Below, piece by piece: positions 14,216 to 28,698 of a DNA stretch of 64,000 bases. The notes under the pieces were generated by a model. That model had not been told where the DNA came from. It saw only the letters and a list, made by a program, of their open reading frames with translations, and did not search any database. The DNA comes from Nageia nagi (Eukaryota; Plantae; Pinophyta), in assembly GCA_050084985.1 (NCBI GenBank), contig JBITNC010000001.1:44578001-44642000 (forward strand). The letters are read 5' to 3'. Numbering within the stretch: the stretch's first letter is position 1; each line of letters opens with the position of its first letter. A program made the position numbers and the translations under genes.

Positions 14216-14820
14216 TGTTTCCTTAGTTCTTGAATGGTAAAGGATGGTAAGTATGTAATATATTCAATAGCTATATAATTCCACATACCCTTACTCTCAA
14301 TTTGATTGATCATAATTTTAGAAACTAAATCTATAGAGTCTAACTCCTCTTTAATAGCATTTATTAACAAAGTTTGCTCATTTATCATATTAACTTGATG
14401 TAGCTTCTTAGTGAGAAATCTTATTGTAGGTTCATTGAAAACATTAAACATTCTATTATTGAAGGGAATAGACATATGGGAATAGTCCATAGCTAAGTAC
14501 CCTCCTAGTTTGAAAGTAAATTCTTTAGATAAGCACAAACCAAACATAAGGGGAAGGTCAACAACTATGATATCTTGGATGACTAAAATCCTTGGACACA
14601 TATGAAGCTTCATTGGAATATATTTTAATACACCAAGGGTTTTGACATTTGTACCATCCAACTGAATAATTCCAATGGAGTCTCTAGTGTAGGTAAATCT
14701 AATGACATCAGATACTTTCTTAGGCATAAAAATCATGATAGCACCTGAATCTATCATGTAATTATGGATAATTTGTCCTTCCAATTCAAGGGTAATATAA
14801 AAAGGTCTATTTTTCTCCAT
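14216..14820 (-). pseudogene. Retropepsin aspartic protease region
   Basis: ORF 14119-14820: PFYITL...HNYMIDSGA...QLDG...LGVL...DIIVVDLP..FGLCLS. Confidence 0.85.
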
Positions 14821-14899
14821 ACCTAGTAAATTTACAGTTGTATAGAGGTTGTAATTCCAGTTGTCATCTCCTTTAGTTTAGATCAACAATGTTATGTTA

Positions 14900-15980
14900 A
14901 GTAAATCTATCTATCTGAGAATACATAAGGCATCAAAGAGTGATGCTCTTGATGGTTTTTCTTCGATTCATTCATAATGTTGTATGGAATAATATAAGAA
15001 CTCTCTTCTAGATATTTTTTTTATAAGATTGAATTATTTTTTCTCTTTGGGCCCTTGTTAGAGATGGAAATCTAAACCTTTCAGTTTCTTTCTTCTTTTC
15101 TTGAATTTTTGAAGAAGCAAAAGACTTGAGTAGCTGGTTGTTTTCTCAAAATTTATTTTTTCAACAAAACCTTATCAGTATCCACAAATTTGCATATAGG
15201 TATCTTTGATGGTAACTTGAAAAAATAAGTAGATGGTATTTTAAAAGGATTAACTAGGTGGGATTGAATCTTCCTTTGAGGTTGAAACTATTTGACTATA
15301 GACCTTATTTCAATATCTTTGTTAACAAGTTCTAGAAGAATCATGAGATTAACTTTTGATGCTCCTTCATTGACATAATAATTAGTGTTGAATCCATCAT
15401 TAGCTATCAACCTTATTTGATGTTGGTAGATAGAACAAGAATTCTAGACATGAGGGTCTTTACAAGCTCTACACCAATCCTAATTAGGAGGAATATATGT
15501 CTCTAGAGACATATATATACTCTATATGTCATGGGTGGATCCCTTTGTTGTGGTTGATCTCTAGCAGGATAGGGATACCTCCTTTGTTGACCTCCATAAT
15601 CCCTTCGATCATAGTAATCTTGCCTTTGAGTTGCCCTTTTTTCAACTATCCCATGATTAGAAAAAGTTCTTACTAGGTTTTCCAACTCAAAAATCTTCAT
15701 TTTATTGATATTTTCTTATTGCACATTGCTTCTAGAGGCATGTGTAGGAAGTGTTAATTGAGGAAAAGGTGCTAGTAAGGCAAGTTGTGGTTACAATGTA
15801 GGTAGAGCAAGTTGAGGTTGCAGAATTGGAATTTACTACTAGGATAACTAGGGAGCTTGAGCTATAGGCATAGAATGATAAGTTTGCATTGAGGGTTGCA
15901 TGGAATATGAGGGTTCATATGAGATAGGTGCAAATATTCTAGCAGGATGTTTTCCTACTAAAATAAGAGAAGCTTTAAAA
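14900..15980 (-). pseudogene. Gag C-terminal remnant of the Tat element
   Basis: P/Q-rich linker, ORF 15503-15700 and a DWCRACKDPH zinc-knuckle-like motif at ~15450-15480. Confidence 0.6.
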
Positions 15981-16059
15981 AATTAAGATGTGGTAATTTT
16001 TACATGCACCTAATATTAAGAGAAGCTTCAAAATATTAAGTTTTTCAATCTTATTCACT

Positions 16060-18512
16060 AAAACTAATCAACTACATCTTCTCAATATGAGAATAATAAA
16101 TTTCAAAATCAATGCTTCCACAAACATATCTCAATATTCTTTTAGCATCCTTCAAGTGTAAAATATAAGGTTCACTCGTGTACATATATACCAAGGAAAT
16201 ATCATATGCAATATTAGGTCTTGTATTGGTGAGAAACATGAGACTCCTAATAATGATTCTATATTCTATCACATTCACTTTTTCAACCCCATAATCCTTG
16301 CATAACAACTCTCCATGAGAAATGGAATTAGTGATTGGTTTACAATTTTCTATTTTAAACTTCTTCATCATATCTTTTGCATACTTGATTTGATGAATGA
16401 ATACTTGGTCTTTTTTTAGTTCACCTTCATACCAAGAAAATAATACATCAAATCCAAATCCTTCATATTAAACTCAATAATCATTGTAGCCTTGAAACTA
16501 TCATTCAACAAGAAATTACTACTCATATAGATCAATTCATCAACCTAAAAGCAAAATATCATCACCACCTTTCTTGAAATACAAGAGAGATTCACTCTTG
16601 CTCCTCTTGAAGCCATACTTCTAAAAGTAGTCATCAATTAGTGTGTACCAAAAATATTGGTTCTTTCTTAATACCATACAAGATCTTCTTTAGCTCGTAC
16701 ACATTTTTTTCTTTGCCTTTTATCTCAAAACCTTGAGGTTATTGTACATGCAGTCCACTATTTTTGGAGAGCCAAGTTAAGAAGCAACCTTGATGTTTCC
16801 TGCCTTACTATCAATACAAAAGTATCCTCGCAGTAAATTCCATTTTTTTTTAATAAATACCTTAACAATACTATCCTTATACCTTACAATGTTTCCATAA
16901 CTATTACACTTTTTCTTGTAGACCGACTTGGAACCCACATATTTATTTTCTTTATGCAATTCAACAAGTTCCTAAGTGTCATTCTTCATAATAGAATTGA
17001 TCTCTTCTTTCATATATTGCATCCAAACACTATTAGTACAATCTTGTTCATAAAAATATGGTTCAAAACTAGAAACAATCATTAATTCATAGTTTATAAC
17101 ATTACCTTTTAGTTCAACTTCATCATCATCTCTATACATGTGCATATTTTTAAATATTTTAACAACTTAGTCCATTTCTTGAGCTTGGCTCCTTATCATT
17201 CTTCTATGGAAGTTTTTATCCAAAACTTGAGTAGGAGTATGATCTTTAAGTTCCTTTTTACCTCTCTTTGTCTTCATAACATCAACAAAAATATTATTTG
17301 GAGAACTATCAAATGATGAGGTACTTCTAGTGCTTGAATTGGGATTATTTGACAAGCTATAAGGTGGATTGGAAAATACTTTTTATTGGTTGGGTTGCAC
17401 TTTTAGTTGGCTAGGTTGCATGCTAGACTATCCACTTGAGGATCTCCCAACATGGTTAACATCATCAACATATATTTTTTTATTTCCATACATTCCTCCT
17501 TATCAAAAATTACATCTCTTAACATCACAATATTGTGAGTTTTTGGATTTTAAAGCCTATAGGCTTTAGTGTTATGTTGCTAACTAATGAAAATACAAGC
17601 TACACTCTTTGAATCAAGATTCCTCCTCACTTCATCATCCAAACAAGCATATTCCAAGCAACTAAAAACCTTTAAATGATTCACATTGGGATTTTTCTCA
17701 TACCATGCTTCATATGGTATCATCCTTTCCAAGATATTTGTTGGAATTCTATTCAATATGTAAACTATTGTCCAAACTACATCAACATAATACATGTTTT
17801 TAAACTTCTTTGTTTGCAACATGCTTCTATCCATCTCAACTTCAATCATATTATTTCTTTTAGTAACTCCATTTTTTATGGAGTTTAGGTAGCAATATGT
17901 TGTCTCTTGATGCCATGATCATTGTAAATTTTTAGAAAATTGTTTAAACAAAAATCTTCATGTCTATCAGTCCTTAAACACTTAATAGTACATACACTTT
18001 GGTTCTCAACCTAATTCTTGAAATATTTGAAACAATTAAATGCTTCATCCTTGTATTTAATGAAAAACACTCATGAGTTCTTACCCAACCTCATGGTTGG
18101 CATAGGTCCACAAATGTTAGAATGGATCAATTGAAGCTTTTCCTTTAGGAAAATTCTATCTAGAATACTTTCCCAAAGCACATCCTTCACAAACAACATT
18201 TTGATCTTTCACCTTTGGCAATCCATAGACCATCTCTTGAGATATTAAAAGCTTCAAAATCCTAATATTTTAATGCCCAAATATTAGATTTTGAAGCCAA
18301 TTCTTGTTCCCAATAGTCATATTTACATGATTTTCCCCCTTATCCTCCAAATTTTAATGAAAATAATCTATTTTTTCTCATATTAATAGTTCTAACAAGC
18401 CTATTATCAAGGTTCTTGTCAAAAATTGAACACTTTTCATCTTCAAAAATTAATTTGTAGTTTTCTCTATGATTTTTTCTATACTCAACAAATTGTGTTT
18501 CAAATTTAGAGT
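16060..18512 (-). mobile_element. Ty1/Copia internal fragment (GAG-pre-integrase, integrase, RT), truncated at both ends
   Basis: ORF 17580-17849 (VYILNRIPT...PYEAWY...PNVNHLKVF..LDSKS) and ORF 16072-16371 (SLMFLTNTRPNI...HLKDAKRILRYV). IKCLRTD near 17970. INT-before-RT order. Confidence 0.9.
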
Positions 18513-19315
18513 TGTTGATATGTGTTTTGGTATTACTTGGAGTTTTACTCTAAATGAAATAAAAGCACATAAACATTTATTGTATGATTTATCTAAGCTA
18601 ATTAACTCAAACAAACATACATGAATAAGGGAATACCATAGTGCAGTAATAAAATAAAAAAATTTATATTGATGTCAAGATGTAAAACACAACTACATGT
18701 ACTAAAGAGAAACAAATCAATTTAAAGATAAATAATTGTATGTCCTTACCTATTTTGAGATCAAATATATGATAGAAGAACTTACCGAAGAGTAATGACC
18801 TTTTTGTGTGAACCCCAAGACTAACTGCAAAAGAAACTCTAATGCGAGCATAGATCTCTAAGAGCTCAACATGGGTGTGAACATCAATGTAAGCATGAAC
18901 ATTCTTAAAGAATGACATTTGGATTGATAATAGAAAATATGATGATAAATCAAACCAAGAATATAATCATGAAAGTGGATAATAGATATTCGTTCAAGTG
19001 CTAACAAGATTCCAATCTCAATAGGTAGCATTTAGAAACACCCAAGTGTAGGATACTAGTTATCGAGATGTAATCTTGACATGTCTTTCCTAGGTTAGAG
19101 ATACTTACATTTATATCATGCATGATTCACCATTTGATCCTTTGAATATTGGTTGAATTCATATTGATGTACCTAACATAAAACATAAGAACACAACCTA
19201 AGAAATATGTGATAATAAGGTAAAATATGAGTAAATGACTAAATGTGATTAAATGTGTGCGCAAAGTTGCACCCAAGTGGGATCATGTTAAGAGAACCAC
19301 TTTTAGATATCAACA
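18513..19315 (-). repeat. 3' LTR (803 bp)
   Basis: Perfect inverted termini TGTTGATA (18513) and TATCAACA (19315), followed by AATACCCCCTTTTG, the reverse of the PPT CAAAAGGGGGTATT. Confidence 0.8.
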
Positions 19316-19764
19316 AATACCCCCTTTTGTAAGTATAATTAAATTGAATCTTGAAATAGTATTATGCTTACAAAGGAAGTAAAGGTAAAGAGAAGAAAAA
19401 TTTGATATTTACCTAGTTTAGTTATTCATATCATAAAGGATTTGATGATGTATATTACCCCCTCTTTTCTTTGGTTGTGAGATGTAATGGGTTGCATGTA
19501 GTAGAATCAACCAAGAGTAAAGAATAAAACTTCAAAATGATAGGCAAACACTTCCAAGCACATATATGATTTTTAACTTATAAAAGATATAACAGTGATA
19601 ATAAGAGAGAACATCATAGCATTTCATCAAATGATATAGCAATAATGAAGCAAAGATGAAATTAATATAATATGCATACATCGTATTGAGAACACTAAAT
19701 ACAAAAATACTCAATGTTTCATTATTAGATGCATACATAGAAAATCATGATAAAGGTGTGTTTG

Positions 19765-20145
19765 CATCATCATGGGTTACATGCCCCATTCCTATATGCA
19801 ACACATGCAAATGGAACCATATATGTTAACATCATCATGATGTACATGACTTATTCCTGGATGCAACATAAGAACCAAGAAAAGTAACATGGTGATGGTT
19901 AGTTGAGGCCCAACTGACAAAGGAGACTCAAAGATATGGTTGGTTTGAATATTTTTTAACCATGTTATGTCATATGTCATTTGTTGTCATGAGGTACATG
20001 CTTCATTCTTAGATATTGACATGAGATGCAGTCATCATCATATGATACATGCCCAATTCTTAGATGTGATTAAGAGTGATGGTTAATTGAGACCCAACCA
20101 ACAAAAGTGACTCAATGATGATTGGTTTGAATATTTTACAATCAT
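19765..20145. repeat. Diverged tandem repeats in the 3' non-coding region
   Basis: CATCATCATG..TACATGC..ATTC(C/T)T units recur. GTGATGGTTA(G/A)TTGAG(G/A)CCCAAC...TGGTTTGAATATTTT occurs at ~19892 and ~20076. Confidence 0.6.
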
Positions 20146-21419
20146 GCAAAAGATTAAATGCAAAGTGTAGATAAGGTTAGGAATACTCCCTATGACTTCC
20201 TCATTATGTGGATGTGTTGTGATTTAGCTTGATTAATGCATTTGTAACTTAGCATTTGCGCTAACTTCAATGAAAGTGCTAGTGAATTTGCACTAGATTA
20301 TTTTGTTGTTGAAGCTACAACATATAGCATTATATATGATCTTGAAAAAGATATTTTCATACCTAATAGTTTTTAGTAGATTGCTTGATTTTGTGCCAAA
20401 TAGGTTGGACCTAAGAACAAACATGCGGGGAATGCATCATTCTTTTATTGTATGTCTATTTGTGCTTATAAAAACATAATTCTCTAAGATATTTTAGTCT
20501 TATATTAAGTTTTATACCACATGTAGCTATAGGATTTATGATTTTTGGATTGAAGATGTGAATGCTAAGGAATGATAGCAGAGTGCTAACATGAGTGTGG
20601 ACACGAGGATCCATTATGATTTTAGCTGTCAAACTTTCTGACACTTGACTCAAATGGTGTAAGCAGTAAGAAAATCATATTTTGAATACATAAGAGGTAG
20701 AAGAAGGTTGTTAAATAATGTTTACCTTGTTAAATGTGTCCTAATTTTGGTTTTAAATAGGCCAAATAGTGACTTATTTATCACTTTCACTATTTTAGAA
20801 TTGAGCTCTAATCTAGAGAGAGTTTGGTGAGCTTGTTGAGTTCATTTGGAGCCTTATGAGTAATTAGCATTATGAGGTAAGCCATTTGGTTTGTGAATTA
20901 AGGTAATTTGGTCTAGTTTCATGGTTTTTGCCAAGGTTTTGACCCAATTTTTGCTCTTTAGGATGAAGATTACGAAGCAAGAGAGCCATAGGGCTTACCT
21001 CTTGCAACACAATAGGGTTTCTACTCATGTGATAAGTGTCTACAATTTATTTTGTGTTGTAATTTTGTAAATTTTGCATTTGAGGGAGAGAAATAGGTAA
21101 AAAGTGTAGGTGTTTAAGGTGGGTTTTAGTCAATTAGGGCCTAGTCATTTTTTACTTTAGAGGGGTTAAATGGGTGTGAGACCATGATTTTGTTGACTCA
21201 TGAGGGTAAAGGGATTTACTCCCAATTTTTGAAAAAATTGGATGCAAAAAGCCCAACGTGGTGCACTAGCATGGTAGAGTAAATTTTAGGATGATAAAAT
21301 GGTTATCTAGTTGTGATTTTAGTTATGTGTGCTATAAATAACCAAATTAAATTTTGTACTATGATTTTATTGAAATTAAAACAAAAACTAATACATACCT
21401 TATTGATTTATTCTTGTAG

Positions 21420-23373
21420 TGTCATCCATTTCTCATGGAACTTGGGCCTATGTATTGGAGCTAGAAGAAGTGCTTGGTGATGGAGCATAAGCTCATAGTG
21501 GAGGAGATGGGTGTGTAACAACATGTTGGTATGGGATGACTACTCCATGCTCCATATGTTTGAGTGGATAAGGAGCTATTAACAGCCCTGATAGAGGATA
21601 ATCTAAGAGGACCAACACATTTAATCTTCCTACTAAGGAGATTACTATAGTACTCGAGGAAATTCATAAGATTCTATAGGTTCCTATGAAGGGGTGGCCC
21701 ATATTCTTCAAGGAGGGGATGATTGATGAGCAATTCAAATAGTAATCCAATTGGTTTATAGGTTTTTCGAAGTATCATGTGGGGAAGAAGGATGCCTTCC
21801 TTCATCATGCTTTTAGGAGCAAGATAAGGAGGTTCAAATGAATTTGATTAGTTATGGCAGCATGCATTGATAGCATTTTATACTTGGATAAGAATCATGA
21901 GGTGTTTCCACTTGGATTGATATGGGTGATCTATGAGATGATGCAGGGTCATCGATATGCATAGGTTCCTTACATCATTTTCCAAATCTACCATGACTTG
22001 CATAATTTTGTCATGGTGTATAAGAGTGGAAAGAGAGTGGTACACTCCTTTATGCTACAATGTTGGGCTTATGAACATATTACCATGGTGAGGCTTAGAG
22101 AGCTTCATGTACATGGCATAGTTCTTGATCATATAATGTGGTATCACTGGGCGAAGAATGGGAAGATCACACGGGTCCACAAGACCATGGAGGCATATAG
22201 GAAAGTCATGGATGGTTTGATGGGTGGTAACTAATTTACCATACATAGTTTAGTTTGTTGGTTTAGTGGCTTAAGAAGAAGGACTAACTGGAAAATTTTG
22301 TTTTGTAAGAGATGTGAAATATAGACCTTATGTGACCATACCTTATTAGCCAAATGAGCTAGTGGGTGAGCTATACTAGCAGCGCACATTGGGATACTTA
22401 TAGATATGGAAGATCTTTTTGGAACCATATATACCTAAGAGGGTCATGAGATAGTTTGGTCGAAGATAGGGCATTTCATTAGAATGCAAGTTTGTGGTGA
22501 GGATGGTCAGGTATAGGGCACATGACCCTAATTTATATGAGACTCCTCCTAAGTGTGTGGAAACCTCCCTAAGATCATGGGTTAGGGAGTGATTCTAACA
22601 GTAAGGGAGATGAGAAGCCTAATGGGCCATAGTTTGATTGTGCCTATTTGACATGGTGGGATAGGGTGAGATCCAATCCACTCAAACTATATGGGATGGA
22701 GTGATTAGTAAAGGCTACCGAGAGAGAGGCAGAGGAAGAAGAGGAAGAGGAAGGTGATGGGGATGATGAAGAGGAGGAGGATGTGCAGGTGGAGGAGCCA
22801 TTGCAAAATGGAGAGTAAATATTATGGGGTGTGCCCATTGGTATTCCCATTACAAATACATAGCAGTAGCTAGAGAATGAGCTTATTAAGTATATTTCTT
22901 TATGTAGCTATAAGTTAGTTTCCATACAAATAATAATATAACAAACATATGTACTTTATTTTGGTTTTTGTAGATGAAACTAAGCTAGACCTAGACTTTG
23001 AGAAAGTAGCAAGGTAACAGATGGAGGAGACACTTGCGAGCTTGAAAGAGGATACTATTGTGAAGGATAAAGAGATAGAGGTGTTGAAGGTGAGACTAGA
23101 GGCTTTGGAGCAAAGTATGAATAAATTGCAAAAGATGCACTAAGATTCCCAAGATCATAATTTTCTAGGGATGATGGACCATGTTCTTGAGTAGAACAAG
23201 AAGATAGAGGACCTATTTTGCAATAAGGGATACCTATAAGCTCAACTTGTAGCTTTGGAGGAACAATATTTGTTGAAGAGGCCAATTTTGAGTAGATGGA
23301 CTCTAATTCCAAGAGTTTTAGGAGTGCTAGGATTCATCGCAGTACCGCTAGCAGTGTTACTATAGGAAACTAA
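21420..23373 (+). pseudogene. Plant mobile domain (PMD, aminotransferase-like; MAIN/MAIL family) pseudo-ORF with introns, antisense to gag
   Basis: LLTALIE...TNTFNLPTKEITIVLEEIHKIL*VPMKG (~21575-21695) and MLQCWAYEH (~22052) match PMD motifs. Acidic tract at 22725-22795. Splice acceptor TTCTTGTAG at 21419. Intron-like 22890-22973 (GTATAT...TTTTGTAG). Confidence 0.8.
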
Positions 23374-23855
23374 TTTGGATGTGGTTGCATGGATGTATGG
23401 TTGGATGTACCTTTTGTAAAAGACAATGTGTTATCCCATTTTTTATAAATATAATCAAAAAATATATATTTTCTATATGAAAATGTTATGAAATGACTAT
23501 AGTGTGATTGTTTAATATTTTTGTGTTTGCTTTGAATTGAAAAAGTGTAAAACATATGTATGGTTAATGTGTAATCAAATTATGTAATGCCTAAATAATG
23601 AATGTGATGGACCATATAATTCTTTGAAGGCATGGGATATATATAAAAAAGGTGAATTGAACCTAGCATGAGTGCTTATGTAGTTAAAGAATTAGGAGAT
23701 CTAGCTATGACTTATCATGTCAAGGTACCATAAAGGTATGAAAATTTATTGTTTGGGAACAAGAATATGATATTTCATTATATTTTTTATTACGAAAATA
23801 TGAAGAAAAACATGGTCCTAAAGGTCCAAAATGCATTTCAGGATGAATCACAAAG

Positions 23856-24945
23856 TGAAGATTTTAAAGATAAAGAGAAAACAAATAATGTATATAGCCA
23901 GAGCACAGCAAGGCTAACCATAGGTGGAATAAATAGCAAGATAAATTGGAGACCCAAATAAATGTATTACAAAGAGGTAAAACTATTACAAGGCTCTCAT
24001 AGAGCTAATAGGAAAACATACATGGTTCTTTAATCTGCTCCTCCATCCATAGCTTACAGATAAGCTATTTAGACTTATACTAAAATAAAATATTACATAC
24101 ATGCTACTTAGTCAAAATACAATTAAATGCAACATGGTTCCATGCATGCATTCTATCATCCTTTCTACAGAGAATATGAAGCCCATGCCCTTGTATGCAT
24201 GACATCTAAAACATATTAAATGGTTGCAAAAGGTATATCAACCATTTTTGTATGAAAACATTAATGCCAATGTTTAGAAACTAGTGTTGATGGTTGAGCA
24301 TTTAATTTTGGGTAGAAATCCCTTATACAAATGTTTCCCAATTCGAGTTTTGATGCAAGAGGGATGTGATAATGTAATAAGTCCCAAGATCTAAGATCTA
24401 AAATGGTGATTTCACTCACCAAAATTAGTGGGTGTTATCACTACCCATAACTTAGAAGGCAAAATAGTTCCTGGGGTTTATTACTTCCCAGAAGAGATAG
24501 AGCTTGAAAAAGATGTCCCAAAGCTCAAGGTTTGGTGAAGCCCAGAGTCACTAAAGAAGTCCTAGATAATTAACACCCAAATAAGATGCAATTAAATCTT
24601 GAAGTTTGAGAAGTAATAATAATTCCCAAAAAAATAAATCCCAAAAGCATAGGTAGTAGTGCCCAGAGCGGGAGAGGCCAATAGTGCTAGGGATTAGGAA
24701 AACCTGTAGATATAACAATGCTTGAAGATATTGAGGTAGTGCCCAAATTATGGGAGATAAAAACTCCAATCAATAAGTCTTGGAGCATGGGGTCAACAGA
24801 GCCTAGTAAAGTTCTATCTCCTAAGAATGGAGAGATTGAAGTAGATCTCAGATATGGTGATAATGCTTGATGATTGGAGCAAGAAATAGAGCTTAGATGT
24901 GGTAGATAGATCAACAACACCTCAGAGTGGAGATTAAATTTTTCA
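23856..24945 (-). repeat. Copia 3' LTR
   Basis: TGAAG...TTTTTCA, a direct repeat of 28699-29763. Confidence 0.92.
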
Positions 24946-25099
24946 ATCACCCTCTTAATCTCCATGAAAAAATGAGAACACTTTTGTTTTTTTCCAAAAA
25001 ACATAAATACAAAGAAAAATAAAGTTAAATACATGCAATATATATAGATTCCAACCAATATCCTAAGCTAGTCAAGATTTGCCAACATTTTCCCCCTGA

Positions 25100-28000
25100 A
25101 CATCAAAGGTTTAGACTCCAAGTTGGCTCCAAAGGTAGTAGATATGATCCTTGGGTAATGGCTTTGTAAAGATGTTTGCAATTTGAGCATCAGTAGGATA
25201 GTGATGAAACTAGATAAAACCATCTTCAACTAAATCTTTAATAAAGTGATGGCATGTATCAATGTGCTTTGTCTTGCTATGAAACATGAGGTTCTTGGTC
25301 ATGGAAATCATGCTAATATTATCATAATGCACTAAAATGGGGAGCTCAATATCCATGCCCAAATCTTCAAACAGATGAGCAAGCCAAATGGCTTGTGTGC
25401 AAGTGGTGAAGGTAATAATATACTCAACTTCTACTGATGAAAGTGCAATAGTAGGTTGCTTCTTACTGCTCCATGAAACCAAATATTCTCTAAAGAAGAA
25501 TCCACATCCTAATGTGCTCTTTCAATCATCAAGATATCCAACCCAATTAGCATCTATATAGGCCTGTAACATTGCCTGATCTGATGATTTATACTAGAGC
25601 CCATATTAACATTTGCCACTCACATAGCCCAAGATCCTCTTAACTATAATCCAATGCATCTGATGTGGTGAGTGCATGAATCAAGCTACTTTGCTAATAG
25701 CAAACATGATGTTTAGTTTGGTAGTAGTGAGATACATAAGGCTACCAATTAAGTACTGGTACATAGTGGCATCAACATGTGGAGAGGAGTCTTCCTTCAA
25801 TAGCTTGGCTCTAACAACAGCTAGCGTATCAATGATGATGTATCTTTGCATATTGAAGTGAGCTAGAAAATCTTCCACATATTTGGACTAAGTGATCAAA
25901 ATGCCACTAGAGGATTGCTTGACTTGTAGGCCAAGAAAATAATCCATCTCTCCAAGATCACTCATCTCAAATTTACTAATCATAGCATCATAGGTGCTAG
26001 TAAAAATGATATCATCAACATACAAGCATAGAATAAATAATTTGCTACCTTCAACTTTTATGTATAGTGTGCTTTCTACTGAGCATCTTTGATAACTATT
26101 TTTTTAAATATAACCATCAATTCGAGTGTACCATGCCTGAGGTGCTTTTTTAAGGTCATAGAGAGCCTTTTTGAGTTTATACACCTCATTTGCTTGATCA
26201 AGAATAATAAATCCTTCAAGTTGCTTAGCATAAACAACCTCCTTTAAATATCCATTAAGGAAGCTAGATTTGACATCCATCTGATAGATTATCAATCCAA
26301 AATGAGAGGAAAGTGCAAGCAGATATCTCACAATCTTGCCTAGCCACCAGTGCAAAAATCTCATCATAATTTAGCCCTTCCTTCTGAGCATATCCTTTAG
26401 CAACTAGATGAAATTTCTACTTTGTAATACTTCTATCAAGATTATGCTTCAATTTATAAATCCACTTGACACCAATTACCTTTTTCTCTTTAGGAGAAGG
26501 TACAAGCTCCCAGTTGTCATTCTTCTAGATTTACTCAATCTCATCCTCCATCGATTTCTTCCAATCCTTATTAGCAACAGCTTCAATATATGAGGAAGGC
26601 TCAACAAATTTAATGCATAAGAGATATTTACTTCTTGATTTCTAGCTCTAGTTTGTGATCAGGTTATTATTTTATTGAGCTCTTTATCCAGCATCAATGA
26701 TGGAGGATGATAGAAATCACTTGTCCACTTATTTTTGGTTGGTGAAGAATGAGCAATAGGAGACTAATTTGGTTGTGCCTACTATGGTGAGATTGTGGAT
26801 GGTGAAGATGGTGATGAAGGTTGAGGAAGAGGAGGGTAGTAGTGTGAGAATGTTCACCATCTTCATCAAATTGGAACTTAGCAGTGGTATCTCAGCACCA
26901 TTTTCCTGATTGGTTATGTCCCCTTCTTCAAAAATCACATCTCTACTAATTTGTATCATACTAGTTAGTGGATCATAACATATATAGGCTTTAGATGCTT
27001 CAAAGTATCTCACTAAAATCATTTTATGGATTTCTCATCAATCTTCTTCCTATTTTCTTTTGTTACATGCATAAAATAGGATAAGCCAAATATTTGGAGA
27101 TGAGAAATGTTTGGCTACACACCAAACCAAGCTTCATAAGGGGTGGTGTCCTTTAAAACTTGAGTGGGATACCTATTTAGAATATAAACTGCAGCATGCA
27201 CTACTTCAAACCAAAAACTAGTGGGATGACCCTTTTCTTTTATCATGCATCTAGCCATCTCAACAACTATTTGATTTTTCCATTCAACCACTCTATTCTG
27301 TTATGGAGTGTAGGTAGTTGTTTACTACCTAACAATGACATGCTGATGGTAGAAGTTCTTAAATTCATTTGAAATGAATTCTCCTCCTCTAATAGTTCTT
27401 AACTTCTTGATAAAATAACTAGATTATTTTTCAACAAGAGACTTAAATTTTACAAAACTCTCAAAGGAGTTATACTTGTTTTGCAATAAATAAAGCTAGC
27501 TCATCCTAGAAAAGTCATTAGTAAAGATGAGCATATATCTTGACTTACCACCTTGGCTAGAAGTTTGCATTGATCCACATAAGTTTGCATGCACCAGCTG
27601 AAGAGGGTACTTAGCCCTATATTGGTGCTTTGGAAATTTCTCTCTATGTTGCATGCCTACAACACAACTTTCACAAGCCTCATTGGGTGTATGGGAGATG
27701 GTAGGAAGACCTCTCACCAATTTGTGTAGACCATTTAATGAGTGAAAGTTTAAATGACCAAATCTTCTATGCCATAACTAAGCAGAATCAATGGATGCTT
27801 TTAAACAACTTGCTATAGGTGTCATCCAGAGCATATACATCCTATTTTTAGTCATATAGATGTTGGATATAAGCTGGTTATTGGCCTCTTTTACTATGGT
27901 GCACCCTTTCCTTTTGAAGGTGGTTATATAACCCCTTATACTATGTTGGCCAATACTTAACAGCTTGTGCTTAAGGCCAGGAACAAAGAGAGTGCTATGC

Positions 28001-28650
28001 ATATAGACTATCTTACTAGCTTTATACTTAAAGGTAATAGTTCCTCTATAGTGGATGTTGGCACTTTTGTTGTCACCAAACCTAACTTGGTTTGTGATAG
28101 AGGTGTCAACATTAAGAAATGAGACTTTGTTTCCAGTCATGTGGTTAGAGCAACCACTATCTAGGTACCATACATCTTCTTCTAGAGGAACATGCTACTC
28201 TCAACTTGATCTTCAACTTACTGAGCTTTGAGCTCAGAATTCTTCTTCCAGCAATGAGATTCTATGTGACCATCTTTGTTATAGAAGTCACAAACTCCTT
28301 CCTTAAAATCTAGAGCTTTGCCACACAAACCTTAGCTGATCCTTTGTATGCGGTCTCCAAGATCTCCCATGCTTCCTTAGAATCCTTACACTCTATAATT
28401 TTGGGGATGATGGACACATCTATCCAAGACTAAATGGCAAACAATGCCTTGGCATCCTTCTTTTGGTTCTCTAACGCTTCTTTCTTCTCATCTGCAGTCA
28501 TGGTTGCAAAGGTGACTTCATCTGAGTTAAAAAATCCTTCAAAAACAAATTTCCATAGGTCTTGTGAGATAAGGAATGTCCACATCTAAATGCACCAGTA
28601 CTCATAATGGTCTCCACTGAAAATGGGAATCTGCAACTATAATGAATATC
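25100..28650 (-). pseudogene. Copia gag-pol (gag internally deleted; PR, INT, RT, RNase H with stops)
   Basis: ORFs 27778-28140, 27496-27720, 26104-26367, 25681-25878 and 25210-25482. Zinc knuckle CDFYNKDGHIESHCW at ~28250-28295. Confidence 0.9.
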
Positions 28651-28698
28651 CTTGCTTGGAATCCATTTAACCCAATAAATCTCCCACTCTAATACCAA

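Larger units (their letters stand above)
5340..15980 (-). mobile_element. Decayed Ty3/Gypsy Tat-clade (TatII-type) LTR retrotransposon, 5'-truncated
   Basis: Minus-strand order is gag remnant, protease (IDSGA), additional RNase H (WNIHFVGA..GA; IFGDSELVI; NSEADTLA), RT (VYLDD, MPFG), RNase H, integrase, large 3' ORF, PPT and 3' LTR. Many stops and frameshifts. Confidence 0.88.
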
